A stretch of DNA of 64,000 nucleotides from an uncultured Planctomycetota bacterium (GTDB lineage Bacteria > Planctomycetota > Brocadiia > CAIUPP01): the NCBI GenBank assembly GCA_903901045.1, contig CAIUPP010000060.1:6661-70660 (forward strand), given 5' to 3'. Both the position numbers and the translations under genes were made by a program. Below, piece after piece: positions 29,720 to 40,600 of the stretch; position 1 is the first letter of the stretch, and every line of letters begins with the position of its first letter. The notes under the pieces are model-generated. The model was not told where the DNA came from, did not search any database, and was given only the letters and a program-made list of their open reading frames with translations.

Positions 29720-30527
29720 TGGGACACCGTCGAGCTATTGCAGCAAGTAGATGGTCATTTTGTGCTTGCATGACCCAGACATTGCCCTTCTCCGTGGTGC
29801 GGGGTTAGTTTCCTTATTCCTGCAGCGAAATGTCCGGCGTTCAATGTGTAGGCACATACCGATGGCGTCGGCCTGGCTGGCAATGTAGAGCGGCACGGTG
29901 ATTTGATGAGAGCTTTCTAGTTCGTTTGTGAAAGATTTGTGAAAGAATTGACCCGAATGCCGATGATCGTGGATGACATAGAATGACATAGGATGACAAC
30001 GAGTGATGATTGAACCATCAACGACAGAAGGCTTTACGATATATCTGCATAGAGGGCAAGAAGTTGTGAAGAACGCCATCCTCGAATCCCGCCCTCTCCG
30101 CCATATCCAGCGTATCACTGGAGAAGGGGCGGAGTGTTCGCCAGTGAGTCGAAGGCTGCCGGAATTCGGCTCATAGCACGATAGGCACTGCACCCCAGTA
30201 CCTCAAAGAAGAACCTCCTTCCCCCACGATCTCACACCCGCTGGCGTCGGCGGACGTTGGCGGTGCGGCATGTCATTCCACTGTTGCGAAAGCCGAGTAG
30301 TGTATCACTTGCGCGCGAAGTCATTCTGAGTCCGCCCGTTGGCGGACGAAGAATCTTTCGACAGGCGAACGGTTAGCGCTCCGAAAGACCCTTCGCTGCG
30401 AAAGTGATTCACTGCCGAAGTCAGGGATTGAATTTGCCGGCGCGTTTGATATGCTACGATGCGTCGCGACGGATATCCTCGAACGGGATACGGCGCCGTT
30501 CCACCGGGGTTTATGAAGGAGAGGACC
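29720..30527 (+). other. ~800-bp lower-GC non-coding region with tandem decamers and an extended hairpin (candidate regulatory region / structured 5' leader)
   Basis: Tandem 'TTGTGAAAGA' x2 (~29930-29955). Three tandem '(G)ATGACAYA' units (~29975-30005). Imperfect 12-bp hairpin 'ATTCTgaGTCCGCC-cgtt-GGCGGACgaAGAAT' (~30323-30358). Repeated 'CGAAAG' and 'GAAGTCA' units. No credible ORF. Confidence 0.4.
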
Positions 30528-30995
30528 ATGACTGCGCGTTCAGGACACACCAGGATGGCCGCGGCGTTGGTTTGCCTTGCGTTGACCTGGGGATCGGTCG
30601 CGATGGCCGCCAAACTCCCGCCGACGATTGACGATTTGGATGGCGTGGTGCTCGTCGTCGTCTCGAAACAGACGCAATATGACCTGAGCAACGGCGATTC
30701 CGGCACCGGCATGCCGGCGGTGAACTGGACGTTCACCAAGGTGGACTCCACCACCCTTAACATTCACGAAACCGGCTCGACCCGTCCCGACTTCAAGGCG
30801 CACTACGAAAACGGCACCCTGGTCACCGGGACGGTGGATGCCTCATCGCTCGCGACGCAGTCCTCCTTCACCCGGATGCAACTGTCGGGCGCGCCGGGCA
30901 AGATATCCGGCAAGGGGGAGTACATGAACTTCGATACGGTCGGCGCGCGATTGCTATGGATGGGCACCATGACCGCCAAGCAACTCAATTCCTGA
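30528..30995 (+). CDS. small secreted protein, paralog A (hypothetical)
   Basis: Signal peptide 'MTARSGHTRMAAALVCLALTWGSVAMA'. GAAGGAGAGG RBS. Mature ~130 aa with 'SGAPGKISGKGEY'. Confidence 0.6.
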   Translation: MTARSGHTRMAAALVCLALTWGSVAMAAKLPPTIDDLDGVVLVVVSKQTQYDLSNGDSGTGMPAVNWTFTKVDSTTLNIHETGSTRPDFKAHYENGTLVTGTVDASSLATQSSFTRMQLSGAPGKISGKGEYMNFDTVGARLLWMGTMTAKQLNS

Positions 30996-31037
30996 GGCTC
31001 GCGCCCCCCGATCCTGTTCCATGGCAAGGAGACCAAT

Positions 31038-31502
31038 ATGAAAGCAGTGAACTGCCCGGCAGCGATTGCAGCGGTTCTTATGGCGGTGATCCTCTCATGC
31101 GCAGTCCCGGCCCGCGCCGCCGTTCCCCCTCCACTGAACATCGACGACGTCGTCGGCACCTATGCGGTATCCGATAGTTGGGTGACGTATGATTTTACTT
31201 CCCCCGTGAGCAGTGGGAAGTCCAAGGACTCGTTCGTCATCAGCAAGACGGGCGACACCCAGTTGCATCTCGTCTGGAATGCCGGCGGCAGCGCGTGGAA
31301 CTATGACGGGTACTACTACAATGGCGTGTTCATCGTGGGAATGGGCACCACCGGCGATGCGCCGACCCCGTACATGGAGTCCATGTATGTTTTGTTCAGC
31401 GGAACGCCGGGCAAGGTGAAGATGCGCGGAAAGTACTTCTACTACGAGCAAGCCGTTGGCACGACCGATGTCGAGACCTATTCCGGCAAACGGGTTCCAT
31501 GA
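31038..31502 (+). CDS. small secreted protein, paralog B (hypothetical)
   Basis: Signal peptide 'MKAVNCPAAIAAVLMAVILSCAVPARA'. Collinear with paralog A ('PPLNIDDV' vs 'PPTIDDL'; 'SGTPGKVKMRGKY' vs 'SGAPGKISGKGEY'). Confidence 0.6.
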   Translation: MKAVNCPAAIAAVLMAVILSCAVPARAAVPPPLNIDDVVGTYAVSDSWVTYDFTSPVSSGKSKDSFVISKTGDTQLHLVWNAGGSAWNYDGYYYNGVFIVGMGTTGDAPTPYMESMYVLFSGTPGKVKMRGKYFYYEQAVGTTDVETYSGKRVP

Positions 31503-31671
31503 ACTGAACCGGAGCGGGAAGAGGACAGGGAAGGACTCCAAGTTTGACAAGAGTGGCGTCTCTCCGGCGATTGGCGGGCAGCAATAAGTCTGCTTGACGG
31601 AAGAGGTCTCAGTCGACACAATATGAACTCGCAGAGTGACTACGGCATTTTTGTCCAATAGGAGGGCTGAC

Positions 31672-32412
31672 ATGCGCAGACAATTGAAGGCTGTCGTTGT
31701 CGTACTTGCCGCATTCGCGCTTGGCGTGCCGGGCATTCGGGCGGCGGAGAAGGACGCGAGCCTGCTCGTGCAGTATGATTTTGACGAAGGCGCGGGCGCC
31801 GTCGCCAAAGATAACAGCGGCAACGGCCTCAACGGCCAGATACTCAAGGCCGATTATGTCAAGCACGGCGACGGGTTTGCCCTGGAGTTCAAAGGGGCAG
31901 GGTGCGTTCTGGCTCCCGCGAATGCCGCGCTCGACGCGCTCGGGAAGCCCGGCAAGAGCTACACCGTCGAATTCTGGTTCAAGAGCCCCGGCGCGGAGAA
32001 TCCTTCGATGAGCGAGAAGTGGCCGTCCGGCTCCAACTACCCCTGGGCCATCCGTGGGCCGTACGCCTCCGACAACCATATCGAATTCGCCGTCTACGAT
32101 GCCAAGAATAACAAGGCCGCCGGCGCCGTGGTCCCCGACCCGGCGTTCAAGGACAACGCGTGGCATCATCTCGCCGCCGAACGGGACGCGGTGAAGGGGC
32201 ACTTGATGCTCTTCATCGACGGCGTCCTGCGCGGCGATGTGGTGGATAACTTGAAGGATGTTGACCTTTCCAATGCCGGGAGCGTCTGCATCGGGGCGCG
32301 GAGTTGCGCTGATGCGGCGGTCAGTTACGGGTTTGTCGGGCAGCTCGACGGTTTCCGCGTCTACAGCCGCGTCCTCAGCGAGGCGGAAGTCAAAGCCCAC
32401 GCCGGCAAGTAG
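31672..32412 (+). CDS. secreted LamG / concanavalin-A-like lectin domain protein
   Basis: Signal peptide 'MRRQLKAVVVVLAAFALGVPGIRA'. 'LVQYDFDEGAGAVAKDNSGNGLNGQ' and 'LDGFRVYSRVLSEAEV' are LamG-type motifs. AGGAGGG RBS. Confidence 0.7.
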   Translation: MRRQLKAVVVVLAAFALGVPGIRAAEKDASLLVQYDFDEGAGAVAKDNSGNGLNGQILKADYVKHGDGFALEFKGAGCVLAPANAALDALGKPGKSYTVEFWFKSPGAENPSMSEKWPSGSNYPWAIRGPYASDNHIEFAVYDAKNNKAAGAVVPDPAFKDNAWHHLAAERDAVKGHLMLFIDGVLRGDVVDNLKDVDLSNAGSVCIGARSCADAAVSYGFVGQLDGFRVYSRVLSEAEVKAHAGK

Positions 32413-32428
32413 CCTGGAGAACTCGCGG

Positions 32429-33268
32429 ATGACAGTGCGCGACCGGATCGGCGTGATGGCGGGGCTGAAAGCCGGCCAGCCCTCCCTCGCGCCGGTATCC
32501 GCCTTCGGACTGCGGGTTTGCCAACTCACGGCCTGGAACGAGGCGGAACTGACGGCGGAGGAGGCGGCGGCCATCCGCGAGGAGTCCCGCAGGACGGGAG
32601 TGCGGATTTCGGCGCTCTGGGCCGGCTGGCCGGGGCCCGCCGTCTGGGACCTGATCGAAGGGCCGCGCACCCTGGGACTGGTGCCGAAGGCCTACCGCGC
32701 CGCGCGCGTCGAGGCGCTGCGCAAGGCCGCCCTCTTTGCCGCCCGCGCCGGACTCCCCGCAGTGATTACGCACCTGGGTTTCATCCCCGAGGAGCCCGCC
32801 AATCCGCTCTTTCAGGAAGTCGTTGTAGTCGTGCGCGGCCTCGCGCTGGAGATGGAGCGGCTCGGCCTTCAATTCTGGTTCGAGACGGGGCAGGAAACGC
32901 CGGTGACGATGCTTCGCCTGATCCAAGCCGTCGGAACGCACAATCTCGGCATCAACCTCGATCCGGCCAACCTCATCCTCTACGGCAAAGCCAACCCCAT
33001 CGACGCGCTGGAGGTCTTCGGACAGCACGTCAAGAACGTGCATGCCAAGGATGCCTGCTACCCGACGGACCCGATGAAGCTGGGGATGGAGATGAAAGTG
33101 GGGGAGGGGCGCGTTCGTTTTCCGGAACTGGTCCGCCGCCTCGCGCAGATCGGCTTCGCCGGCGAGTTCATCATCGAACGCGAGATCACCGGCGAGCAGC
33201 AGGCCAGGGATATCCGGGAAACGGTGGCATATCTTGAGGCGCTGCTTTCCAGTGGAAGCGTCCATTGA
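32429..33268 (+). CDS. sugar phosphate isomerase/epimerase (xylose-isomerase-like TIM barrel), second copy
   Basis: 'LQFWFETGQETP', 'NLGINLDPANLILYG' and 'HVKNVHAKD' TIM-barrel motifs. Start chosen after the upstream gene's stop. Confidence 0.7.
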   Translation: MTVRDRIGVMAGLKAGQPSLAPVSAFGLRVCQLTAWNEAELTAEEAAAIREESRRTGVRISALWAGWPGPAVWDLIEGPRTLGLVPKAYRAARVEALRKAALFAARAGLPAVITHLGFIPEEPANPLFQEVVVVVRGLALEMERLGLQFWFETGQETPVTMLRLIQAVGTHNLGINLDPANLILYGKANPIDALEVFGQHVKNVHAKDACYPTDPMKLGMEMKVGEGRVRFPELVRRLAQIGFAGEFIIEREITGEQQARDIRETVAYLEALLSSGSVH

Positions 33269-33301
33269 GGCGTTCAACTGGATTCGCGTGCGGACTGTCA
33301 G

Positions 33302-33805
33302 CTACATATGGTCGGCCAGGTCGCCCCAGGTCGTCTGGAGGTAGTCGATCTGCGCGGCGTGGTTGTCCATGTGCCTGCCCGGCAGATGCATCCAGACCGC
33401 GATGGGCAGCGGACCGAACGGGCTGTTTGCCGAACCGGCAAAACGCTCCGGGGTCATCGTTCCGAGCGCCGCGATGACCTCCTTCCACGAAGCCTCGAAT
33501 TGCCGGAGGGCATCGGCGCGCTCCGTTATGGTCGCCTCAAACTTCCGCGAGGAATCGGTGACCTGCTCGGGGGTCGGCATGGGCGAAATCGGTTCGCCCC
33601 GGATCACCTTGGCGAACATCCGGTTGGCCAGAACGCAGTGGGCTGCGATGGCAATCGCGGAACGGGCCGTCTTCGCCGGGGAGCTCTTCAGCTTGACGTC
33701 GGGCACGAATGACAAGGTCTTGACGAACCGGCCCGCAGCCGCTTCGACCCGGGCCTGGCAATCGGCGACGTTCTCCTTGAAGCAATCAGGCTTGGTGGCG
33801 CCCAT
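33302..33805 (-). CDS. DinB/YfiT-like family protein
   Basis: 'WMHLPGRHMDNHAAQIDYL' plus helix-bundle composition typical of the DinB_2 family. Start uncertain. Confidence 0.5.
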   Translation of the reverse strand: MGATKPDCFKENVADCQARVEAAAGRFVKTLSFVPDVKLKSSPAKTARSAIAIAAHCVLANRMFAKVIRGEPISPMPTPEQVTDSSRKFEATITERADALRQFEASWKEVIAALGTMTPERFAGSANSPFGPLPIAVWMHLPGRHMDNHAAQIDYLQTTWGDLADHM

Positions 33806-33952
33806 ACGTGTTCCTCCTTCCGAATGAACTGCGCTTTCAAGGGACTTCTGACGCACACGGGAGATACTTTCGCATGAAGTCCCACCCGTGGCAGTCTACC
33901 ATCTCCGGAGTTCGAGTCCAGCGGAATCGTTTCCCCGGCGCGCAATACAACA

Positions 33953-35983
33953 CTACTTCCGGCTGGGGACGAACTCCGCCGGGCGCAGCGCTCGGGTGAA
34001 CAGCCGCAGCGACGCGCGCTTTCCCTGCAACCGGAAGGCGGCCTGCGCCCAGGCCGAAAGGGCGGGGCTTACGCCGCCGATGGTGAGCGGGGACGTCGGG
34101 CCGAGGGCCACCGCGCCGCGCACGTCACCCAGTTTGCGGCTGGAGGGGTGGTACATCTCGCCCATCCAGAACGCGTCCTCATCGACCTTGCATCCTTTCA
34201 AGTCCGCTGCAACGCCTTCCAGATCGCCGGCCAGCGGCCGCGCCAGCAGCGCCGCCACAGCGCCGACGCCGGTTCCCATCAGGTACGGGCGTTTCGCGCC
34301 GTCCAACTGCCGGAGCGCGGCCAGGGCGGCGAGAATTTCCTGCACCCGCAGCGCGGTCAGGCTGGGGTTGAAGGCATGGAAAAGCCTGTCCTGCCGATCG
34401 ACGCGCTCCGCCTCAAGCAGCGGCGCCGTCTCCCCCTTGCCGAGCAGGTCGATAGCCAGCACCCGCACCCCGGCGTTCAGAAGTCTCTGGAGGAGCGGCC
34501 CGGGCCGATCACCCTTGAACAACTCCTTTTTCCCGGTTCCGCAGCAGATCAACGCGGCGGGAGAACGTTTGTCCGCGCCGGTGGGAACGATCCAGAGCGC
34601 GGGGGTCATCTCGCCGCGTCCGTACCGTCCGATGCTGCGCCCGCTGATCTTGTACCGGGAGGTCACAGCGTTTGCCGACGGGCTCCCGACGCTGACGGGT
34701 TCCTCCACGGCTTCCGCGCCGAGCACCTCGCGATAGGTGTTCGCCCAGACCCCCTTCAACTTGCGCAACGCGGCTTGCGTTTTCGGCGGGCGGCTGAACG
34801 CCGCCGCTTCCCTGTCGATCAATTGCTGGAGCAGGGCGTTTCCGCGCTTGAACCGCGCGGGGGGGCGGCCCTCCGGGAAGAGCCGGGATTTCTGTAGATC
34901 GGGAACCGTCAGCGGGCCTTCCTTGATGCGTGCGCCCACGCTCTTGTCGCCGGCGAGCCATTTCATGAACCAGGCGTACACATGCTCGCGCGTGTCCTTG
35001 TTGTAGTTGTGCGGGGCGGCGAAATGCACGTTTCCGACGCGGTCGGCGGCATCGTAGAAACCGTAGATGCGCTTGACCGCCGGGACGTCAACCCCGGGGT
35101 TCTGGTTCGTCCAGTCCCGCGTGACGGAGGGGAGCAGCACCGGCCTCGGCGCGAGCGCCGCGACCACCTCCACGGTGCTCAGATCGCCCAGGTGCAGCAG
35201 CGGCGCCTCCTCGCAGGTGCAGCCGCCTTGGTAATGCGAAGACATCATGCAAACCGGGATGGCCACGCGGATGCGCGGGTCGACCAGCGCGAGATAATAG
35301 GTCTGCGTGCCGCCGCCGGAGGCGCCGGTGCAGCCGATGCGTCCGGCATCCACATCAGGCAGGCTCGTCAGGAAGTCGGTGGCTCGAATGCTGTTCCACA
35401 ACTGAAGCCCGAACGGCCCGATGCCGTACAGAAGGCTGCGCCTCAGCCCATCCTTTGACCAGCGGCTTTCGACGGGCCCGGTCTTCATGTCGTCGCGATG
35501 GTCCAACTGGCAACTGTCGTTATAGCCGATCATGTCGTAGCTGAAGACCACGAAGCCGAGGCGCGCCATCATTTCGCTGCGGCCCTGGATCGCGGAGAGG
35601 TCGGTATGCTCCAGTCGGCCATTATTCCAGTGGCCGTGGGCGCTGAGGATGGCCGGGCGTTTTCCTTTGGCGTGGAGGGGGCGGAAGAGGTTGCCGGTCA
35701 CCAGGAATCCCGGACGGCTCTCAAAGCACACTTTCTCGATGGAGCAGCCGTTGAGCATGCTCCGCCCGAAGATGCGGGCGTTCAAGGGAGTCCGAGGGGG
35801 CTCGGGAGAGAGCCCCGCGGCGATGAGGACTCGCCGCCGAAGCCATTGGACGCGCTCTTCCCACTCCGCGCGCGAAGCCGGATTCGGCACGGGATAGGCG
35901 TAATTTGCGTATCGCATGCTGGAAAGGCGCGAATCCAGGAGCTTGTAGTGGCTGCCGAACACATCGATATTCAATTTGGGCAT
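33953..35983 (-). CDS. acetyl-xylan-esterase-like alpha/beta hydrolase (carbohydrate esterase)
   Basis: 'GCTGASGGGTQT' nucleophile elbow in AXE1/prolyl-oligopeptidase-like architecture. AAAGGGAG RBS before 'MPKLNID'. Confidence 0.7.
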   Translation of the reverse strand: MPKLNIDVFGSHYKLLDSRLSSMRYANYAYPVPNPASRAEWEERVQWLRRRVLIAAGLSPEPPRTPLNARIFGRSMLNGCSIEKVCFESRPGFLVTGNLFRPLHAKGKRPAILSAHGHWNNGRLEHTDLSAIQGRSEMMARLGFVVFSYDMIGYNDSCQLDHRDDMKTGPVESRWSKDGLRRSLLYGIGPFGLQLWNSIRATDFLTSLPDVDAGRIGCTGASGGGTQTYYLALVDPRIRVAIPVCMMSSHYQGGCTCEEAPLLHLGDLSTVEVVAALAPRPVLLPSVTRDWTNQNPGVDVPAVKRIYGFYDAADRVGNVHFAAPHNYNKDTREHVYAWFMKWLAGDKSVGARIKEGPLTVPDLQKSRLFPEGRPPARFKRGNALLQQLIDREAAAFSRPPKTQAALRKLKGVWANTYREVLGAEAVEEPVSVGSPSANAVTSRYKISGRSIGRYGRGEMTPALWIVPTGADKRSPAALICCGTGKKELFKGDRPGPLLQRLLNAGVRVLAIDLLGKGETAPLLEAERVDRQDRLFHAFNPSLTALRVQEILAALAALRQLDGAKRPYLMGTGVGAVAALLARPLAGDLEGVAADLKGCKVDEDAFWMGEMYHPSSRKLGDVRGAVALGPTSPLTIGGVSPALSAWAQAAFRLQGKRASLRLFTRALRPAEFVPSRK

Positions 35984-36164
35984 CGTCAGATAACTCCCTT
36001 TATCCCAGAAAAGAGCGACTCCTTCGCGACGGTCGATGCGCAACTGTCGTTATCCCGCGAACCAATATCCTACGTTCCCTGAAAGAAAATGCAAACGAGG
36101 CTCCTGCAGGACTCGGCTTGGCCGTGTGTGGCGGGACTGGCGCAACTTTTCTTCTGGTGGCACA

Positions 36165-36192
36165 TTGCACCGGGCCGCAACCTGTGTATACT
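36165..36192 (+). promoter_or_regulatory. sigma70-like promoter (TTGCAC-16 nt-TATACT) for the RND efflux operon, followed by a GC hairpin in the leader
   Basis: -35 TTGCAC at 36165-36170 and -10 TATACT at 36187-36192. 'GCCCGCC...GGCGGGC' hairpin at ~36227-36252. Confidence 0.4.
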
Positions 36193-36278
36193 GCACTGAA
36201 GGCGTGAGTTAGGACGCGAACCATGTCGCCCGCCCGTTGCGCGCGCGGCGGGCCGCATTTGGCATGAAAGGAAGTTGC

Positions 36279-37622
36279 ATGTCCACGAGAACCCGACCCA
36301 ACTCCGCCCTGGTCCTTGCGTTGGCGCTGCTCATCGCCATTGCGGGGGGGGCCGGTTATTGCGTTTGGACAGAAAGCGCCCTGGCTGCTGAGAATGCTGC
36401 GCCCGCGAAACTCTACTACTGCCCGATGCACCCCAGCTATACTTCCAACAAACCGGGGCAATGCCCCATCTGCAATATGGACCTTGTGCCGGTCGTGGAG
36501 AAGGGGGCCGCTCCCGCGGGGAAGGGCGAGCCCGCCGGGCATACCGCGATCATGCTGGATTTGCATCAGCGCCAGATGATCGGCGTGCAAATCGGAACGG
36601 TCGAGAAACGGCAGGTATCCAAAACGATTCGCGCTGTGGGGCGGGTGGATTATGACGAGCGGACGCTCTCCGTGGTGAGCCTGAAGTTCGGCGGCTGGGT
36701 GGAGGAGCTGATGGTTAAATCCGTCGGCGAGCCCGTCGCCAAAGGGCAGCCGCTTTTCTCCATATACAGCCCGGAATTGCTGGAGGCGCAGCGGAATTAC
36801 CTGCTGGCGCGCGATTCGGCGCGCATCCTCGGCGAGAAGGCTTCCGCCGATACGAAGGGGATGGCGGACGAGGCGCTGCGCGGCGCGCGCGAACGGTTGC
36901 TCCTGTGGGACTTCAGCGAGGCGCAACTCAAACAGATTGAGGAAAAGGGGGAGCCGCAGAAGCGAGTGACCATCTGCGCCCGGACGGAGGGGGTGGTCAC
37001 TGCGCGCAACATCCTCCTGGGCGCGTACGTCGAAGCGGGCAAGGAGTTGTACACCATCGCCGACCTGCGGACGGTCTGGATGAACGCCGATATCTATGAA
37101 GATGAATTGCCGCTGGTGAGCGTGGGGCAGAAGGCGCAGGTGCTGCTCTCCTCCATGCCCGGCGCTCCGCTGGCCGGCAAGGTGGCGTATATCTACCCCT
37201 ACCTCAACGATCAATCCCGGACGGTGCGCGTGCGCATGGAATTCCCCAACCCCGACGGCAAGCTCAAGCCGGGGATGTACTCCACGGTCCTGCTGGCCAC
37301 GGACATCGGGGAGCAACTCGTGGTGGATGAGAATGCCGTGCTGTTCGCCGGGGAGCACAACATCGTGTTCGTGGACAAGGGGGAGGGAGTCCTGGAGCCG
37401 CGCGAGGTGACCATCGGCGTGGCGGCCGAGGGGATGCGGGTGATCCTGGCGGGGTTGACCGAGGGAGAGAAGGTGGTGACCAGCGGCAACTTCCTGGTGG
37501 ACTCGGAAAGCCGGCTGAAGGCGGCCATCGCTCAGAGCGCAACGAAGATGGCCGCGCCTCAGGAGGTCGGGCCGCAGCCGCAAGAACCGGCCTCAGGCAT
37601 GCCGCCAATGCCGGGAATGTAA
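36279..37622 (+). CDS. efflux RND periplasmic adaptor subunit, CusB/CzcB-like, with an N-terminal Cys/Met/His metal-binding motif
   Basis: 'YYCPMHPSYTSNKPGQCPICNMDLVPV' heavy-metal-binding domain, followed by membrane-fusion-protein barrel-sandwich hairpin regions. Confidence 0.85.
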   Translation: MSTRTRPNSALVLALALLIAIAGGAGYCVWTESALAAENAAPAKLYYCPMHPSYTSNKPGQCPICNMDLVPVVEKGAAPAGKGEPAGHTAIMLDLHQRQMIGVQIGTVEKRQVSKTIRAVGRVDYDERTLSVVSLKFGGWVEELMVKSVGEPVAKGQPLFSIYSPELLEAQRNYLLARDSARILGEKASADTKGMADEALRGARERLLLWDFSEAQLKQIEEKGEPQKRVTICARTEGVVTARNILLGAYVEAGKELYTIADLRTVWMNADIYEDELPLVSVGQKAQVLLSSMPGAPLAGKVAYIYPYLNDQSRTVRVRMEFPNPDGKLKPGMYSTVLLATDIGEQLVVDENAVLFAGEHNIVFVDKGEGVLEPREVTIGVAAEGMRVILAGLTEGEKVVTSGNFLVDSESRLKAAIAQSATKMAAPQEVGPQPQEPASGMPPMPGM

Positions 37623-37647
37623 TCCAGCCGCGTTATCGAGGGCGTTC

Positions 37648-40600
37648 ATGATTGAGCGAGTCATCGAGTTCTGCGCGCGCAACAAGTACCTGGTGATCAT
37701 CCTCGCCGCGGTGGCGGTGGTCATCGGGATCTACTGCGTGCGGCACATTCCGCTCGACGCGATCCCCGACCTGTCCGACACACAGGTGATCGTCTACTCC
37801 CGGTGGGACCGCAGCCCGGACATCCTCGAAGACCAGGTCACCTACCCCATCGTCTCTTCGCTGCTGGGCGTGCCGAAGGTCAAGGCCGTCCGCGGTTTCT
37901 CCGACTTCGGCTACTCCTTCGTCTACGTCATCTTCCAGGACGGGACGGACATTTACTGGGCGCGCAGCCGCGTGCTGGAGTACCTGAGCAAGATTCAGCC
38001 CAGCCTGCCGGAGGGGGTGCGCACGGAACTGGGGCCGGACGCCACCTCGGTCGGATGGGTGTATCAATACGCCCTCGTGGACAAGAGCGGCAAGCAGAAC
38101 CTGGGGGACCTGCGCAGTTTCCAGGACTGGACGCTACGATACTGGCTGCGCGAAGTGCCGGGCGTCGCCGAGGTGGCCTCTGTCGGCGGCTTCCAGAAGC
38201 AGTACGAGGTCAACATCGATCCCAATGCCCTGCTGGCCTACAACGTCCCCATCGGTAAAGTGGTGGAGGCGATTCGCGCCGGGAACAACGACGTGGGGGG
38301 GCGGCTGGTCGAGTTCCACGGCGCGGAGTACATGGTGCGCGGGCGCGGCTACGCGAAATCCATCAAGGACATCGAGGAAATCAGCGTCGGCGTTGACAAA
38401 AACGGCACCCCCATCCTTGTGAAGAACCTGGGGCACGTGGTGCTGGGGCCGGACATCCGGCGCGGCGTCGCCGACCTGGACGGCATCGGGGACACCGCAG
38501 GCGGCATCGTGATCATGCGCCAGGGCGAGAATGCGCTCAACGTCATCCAACGCGTCAAGGCGAAGATTGAAGAGATCAAACCCTCCCTGCCGCCGGGGGT
38601 GGAGATTGTGACCACCTACGACCGCTCGACGCTCATCAAGGAATCCATCGGCACGCTCAGGCATGAACTGATCGCGGCGCTCGTGATCGTCAGCCTCACC
38701 ATTCTGCTCTTCCTCTGGCACATTCCCTCCGCCATCGTGCCGATTGTCACCATCCCCATCTCCGTCCTGCTGGCGTTCATCCCGATGTACCTGCTGGGGG
38801 TGAACGCGAACATCATGTCCATCTCCGGCATCGCCATCTCCATAGGCGTTCTGGTAGATGGCGCCATTGTCGAGGTGGAGAACGCGTACAAGAAACTGGA
38901 ACTGTGGCAGTCGGGGGGGCGCGTGGGGGATTTCCACGAAGTCCGGCTGCGCGCGCTCAAGGAGGTCGGCCCCTCCGTCTTCTTCTCGCTCCTCGTGATC
39001 GCCGTGGCGTTCATCCCCATCTTCGCCCTCGAAGAGCAGGAAGGGCGGCTCTTCAAACCGCTGGCGTACACCAAGAACCTTGTCATGGCTATCGCCGCCG
39101 TGCTGGCGGTGACGCTCGACCCCGCCGTGCGGATGCTCTTCGCGCGGATGGAATGGAAGCATTTCCGCCCGCGCCCGCTCTCCTGGCTCTGGAACCAGAT
39201 CAGCGTCGGCAAGTACTATCCCGAAGAGAAGCATCCCATAAGTCGCATTCTGTTCTGGCTTTACGAGCGACCGTGCCGCTTCGTCATCCGCCACCGGACC
39301 ATCGTGGTCGTGGCCGCGCTGCTGCTCGTGCTGACCACGATCCCGGTCTACCTTCACCTCGGCAGGGAGTTCATGCCGCCGCTGTGGGAAGGGGATATCC
39401 TGTATATGCCCACCACCATGCCGGGGCTCTCGGTGACCGAGGCGCGCGACCTGATGCAGCGGATGGACCAGGTGCTGATGACCGTGCCGGAAGTGGAGCG
39501 CGTCTTCGGCAAGGCCGGGCGCTCCGATACGGCAACGGACCCCGCCCCCTTCTCGATGATGGAGACGACCGTCCTGCTCAAGCCCCCCTCGCAATGGCGG
39601 ACGAAGGAGCGATGGTACTCCAATTGGCCGGGCTGGACTCATGGCCTGTTCCGGCCGATCTGGTCGGACCGACTCAACAAGGATGAGCTGATTGCGGAAC
39701 TCGACCGCAAGATGCAATTCGCCGGGGTGGCCAACGCCTGGACGATGCCGATCCGGGCGCGCATCGATATGCTCACCACCGGCGTCCGCACGCCGATAGG
39801 GATCAAGATTCTCGGGGAGGACCTTGCCAAGACCGAGGAGATCGGCGCGCAACTGGAAGCCATCATCCGAGAGCAGCCCGGCACGCGCAGCGTCTTCGCG
39901 GAGCGCACGGCGGGGGGGTACTTCCTCGACTTCGACCTGAAACGCGAGCAACTGGCCCGCTATGGGTTGACCGTCGACGAGGCGCAGACCGTGATCCTCA
40001 CCGCGATCGGCGGGGAGCCGGTGACGACGACCGTCGAGGGGCGCGCGCGGTACACCGTGAGTGTCCGCTACGCGCGGGACTTCCGCAGCGACTTGAACGA
40101 CCTGCGGCGCGTGCTCGTGCCCACCGCTTCGGGCGCGCAGATTCCGCTGGGGGAGCTGGCGGAGATCAAAATGACCCTCGGCCCGGGGATGATCCGCGAC
40201 GAGAACGGCATGCTGGCCGGATATGTGTACGTGGATACGGCCGAAAGCGACATCGGCGGGTATGTCGCCCGCGCCAAGGCGGCGGTTCAGAAGCAGGTGC
40301 AATTGCCCGCCGGCTATGCGCTTCAGTGGAGTGGGCAATATGAAAGCATGATCCGCGTCAAGGAACGGCTGAAGGTGGTCGTCCCGATCACGCTCTTCAT
40401 CGTCGCCATTCTGCTCTACATGAACACGAAATCGGCGGTCAAAACCACCATCATCCTGCTGGCGGTGCCGTTCTCCGCCATTGGGGCGATCTGGCTGCTG
40501 TACTTCCTCGGGTACAACATCTCGATTGCGGTCTGGGTGGGGCTTATCGCCCTGATGGGGCTGGACGCCGAGACGGGGGTGTTCATGCTCCTGTTCCTCG

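Noticed and set aside
32518-33237. 239-aa Arg/Gly-rich plus-strand ORF in another frame
   Set aside because: Overlaps the well-supported TIM-barrel gene in a different frame. The composition is not protein-like.
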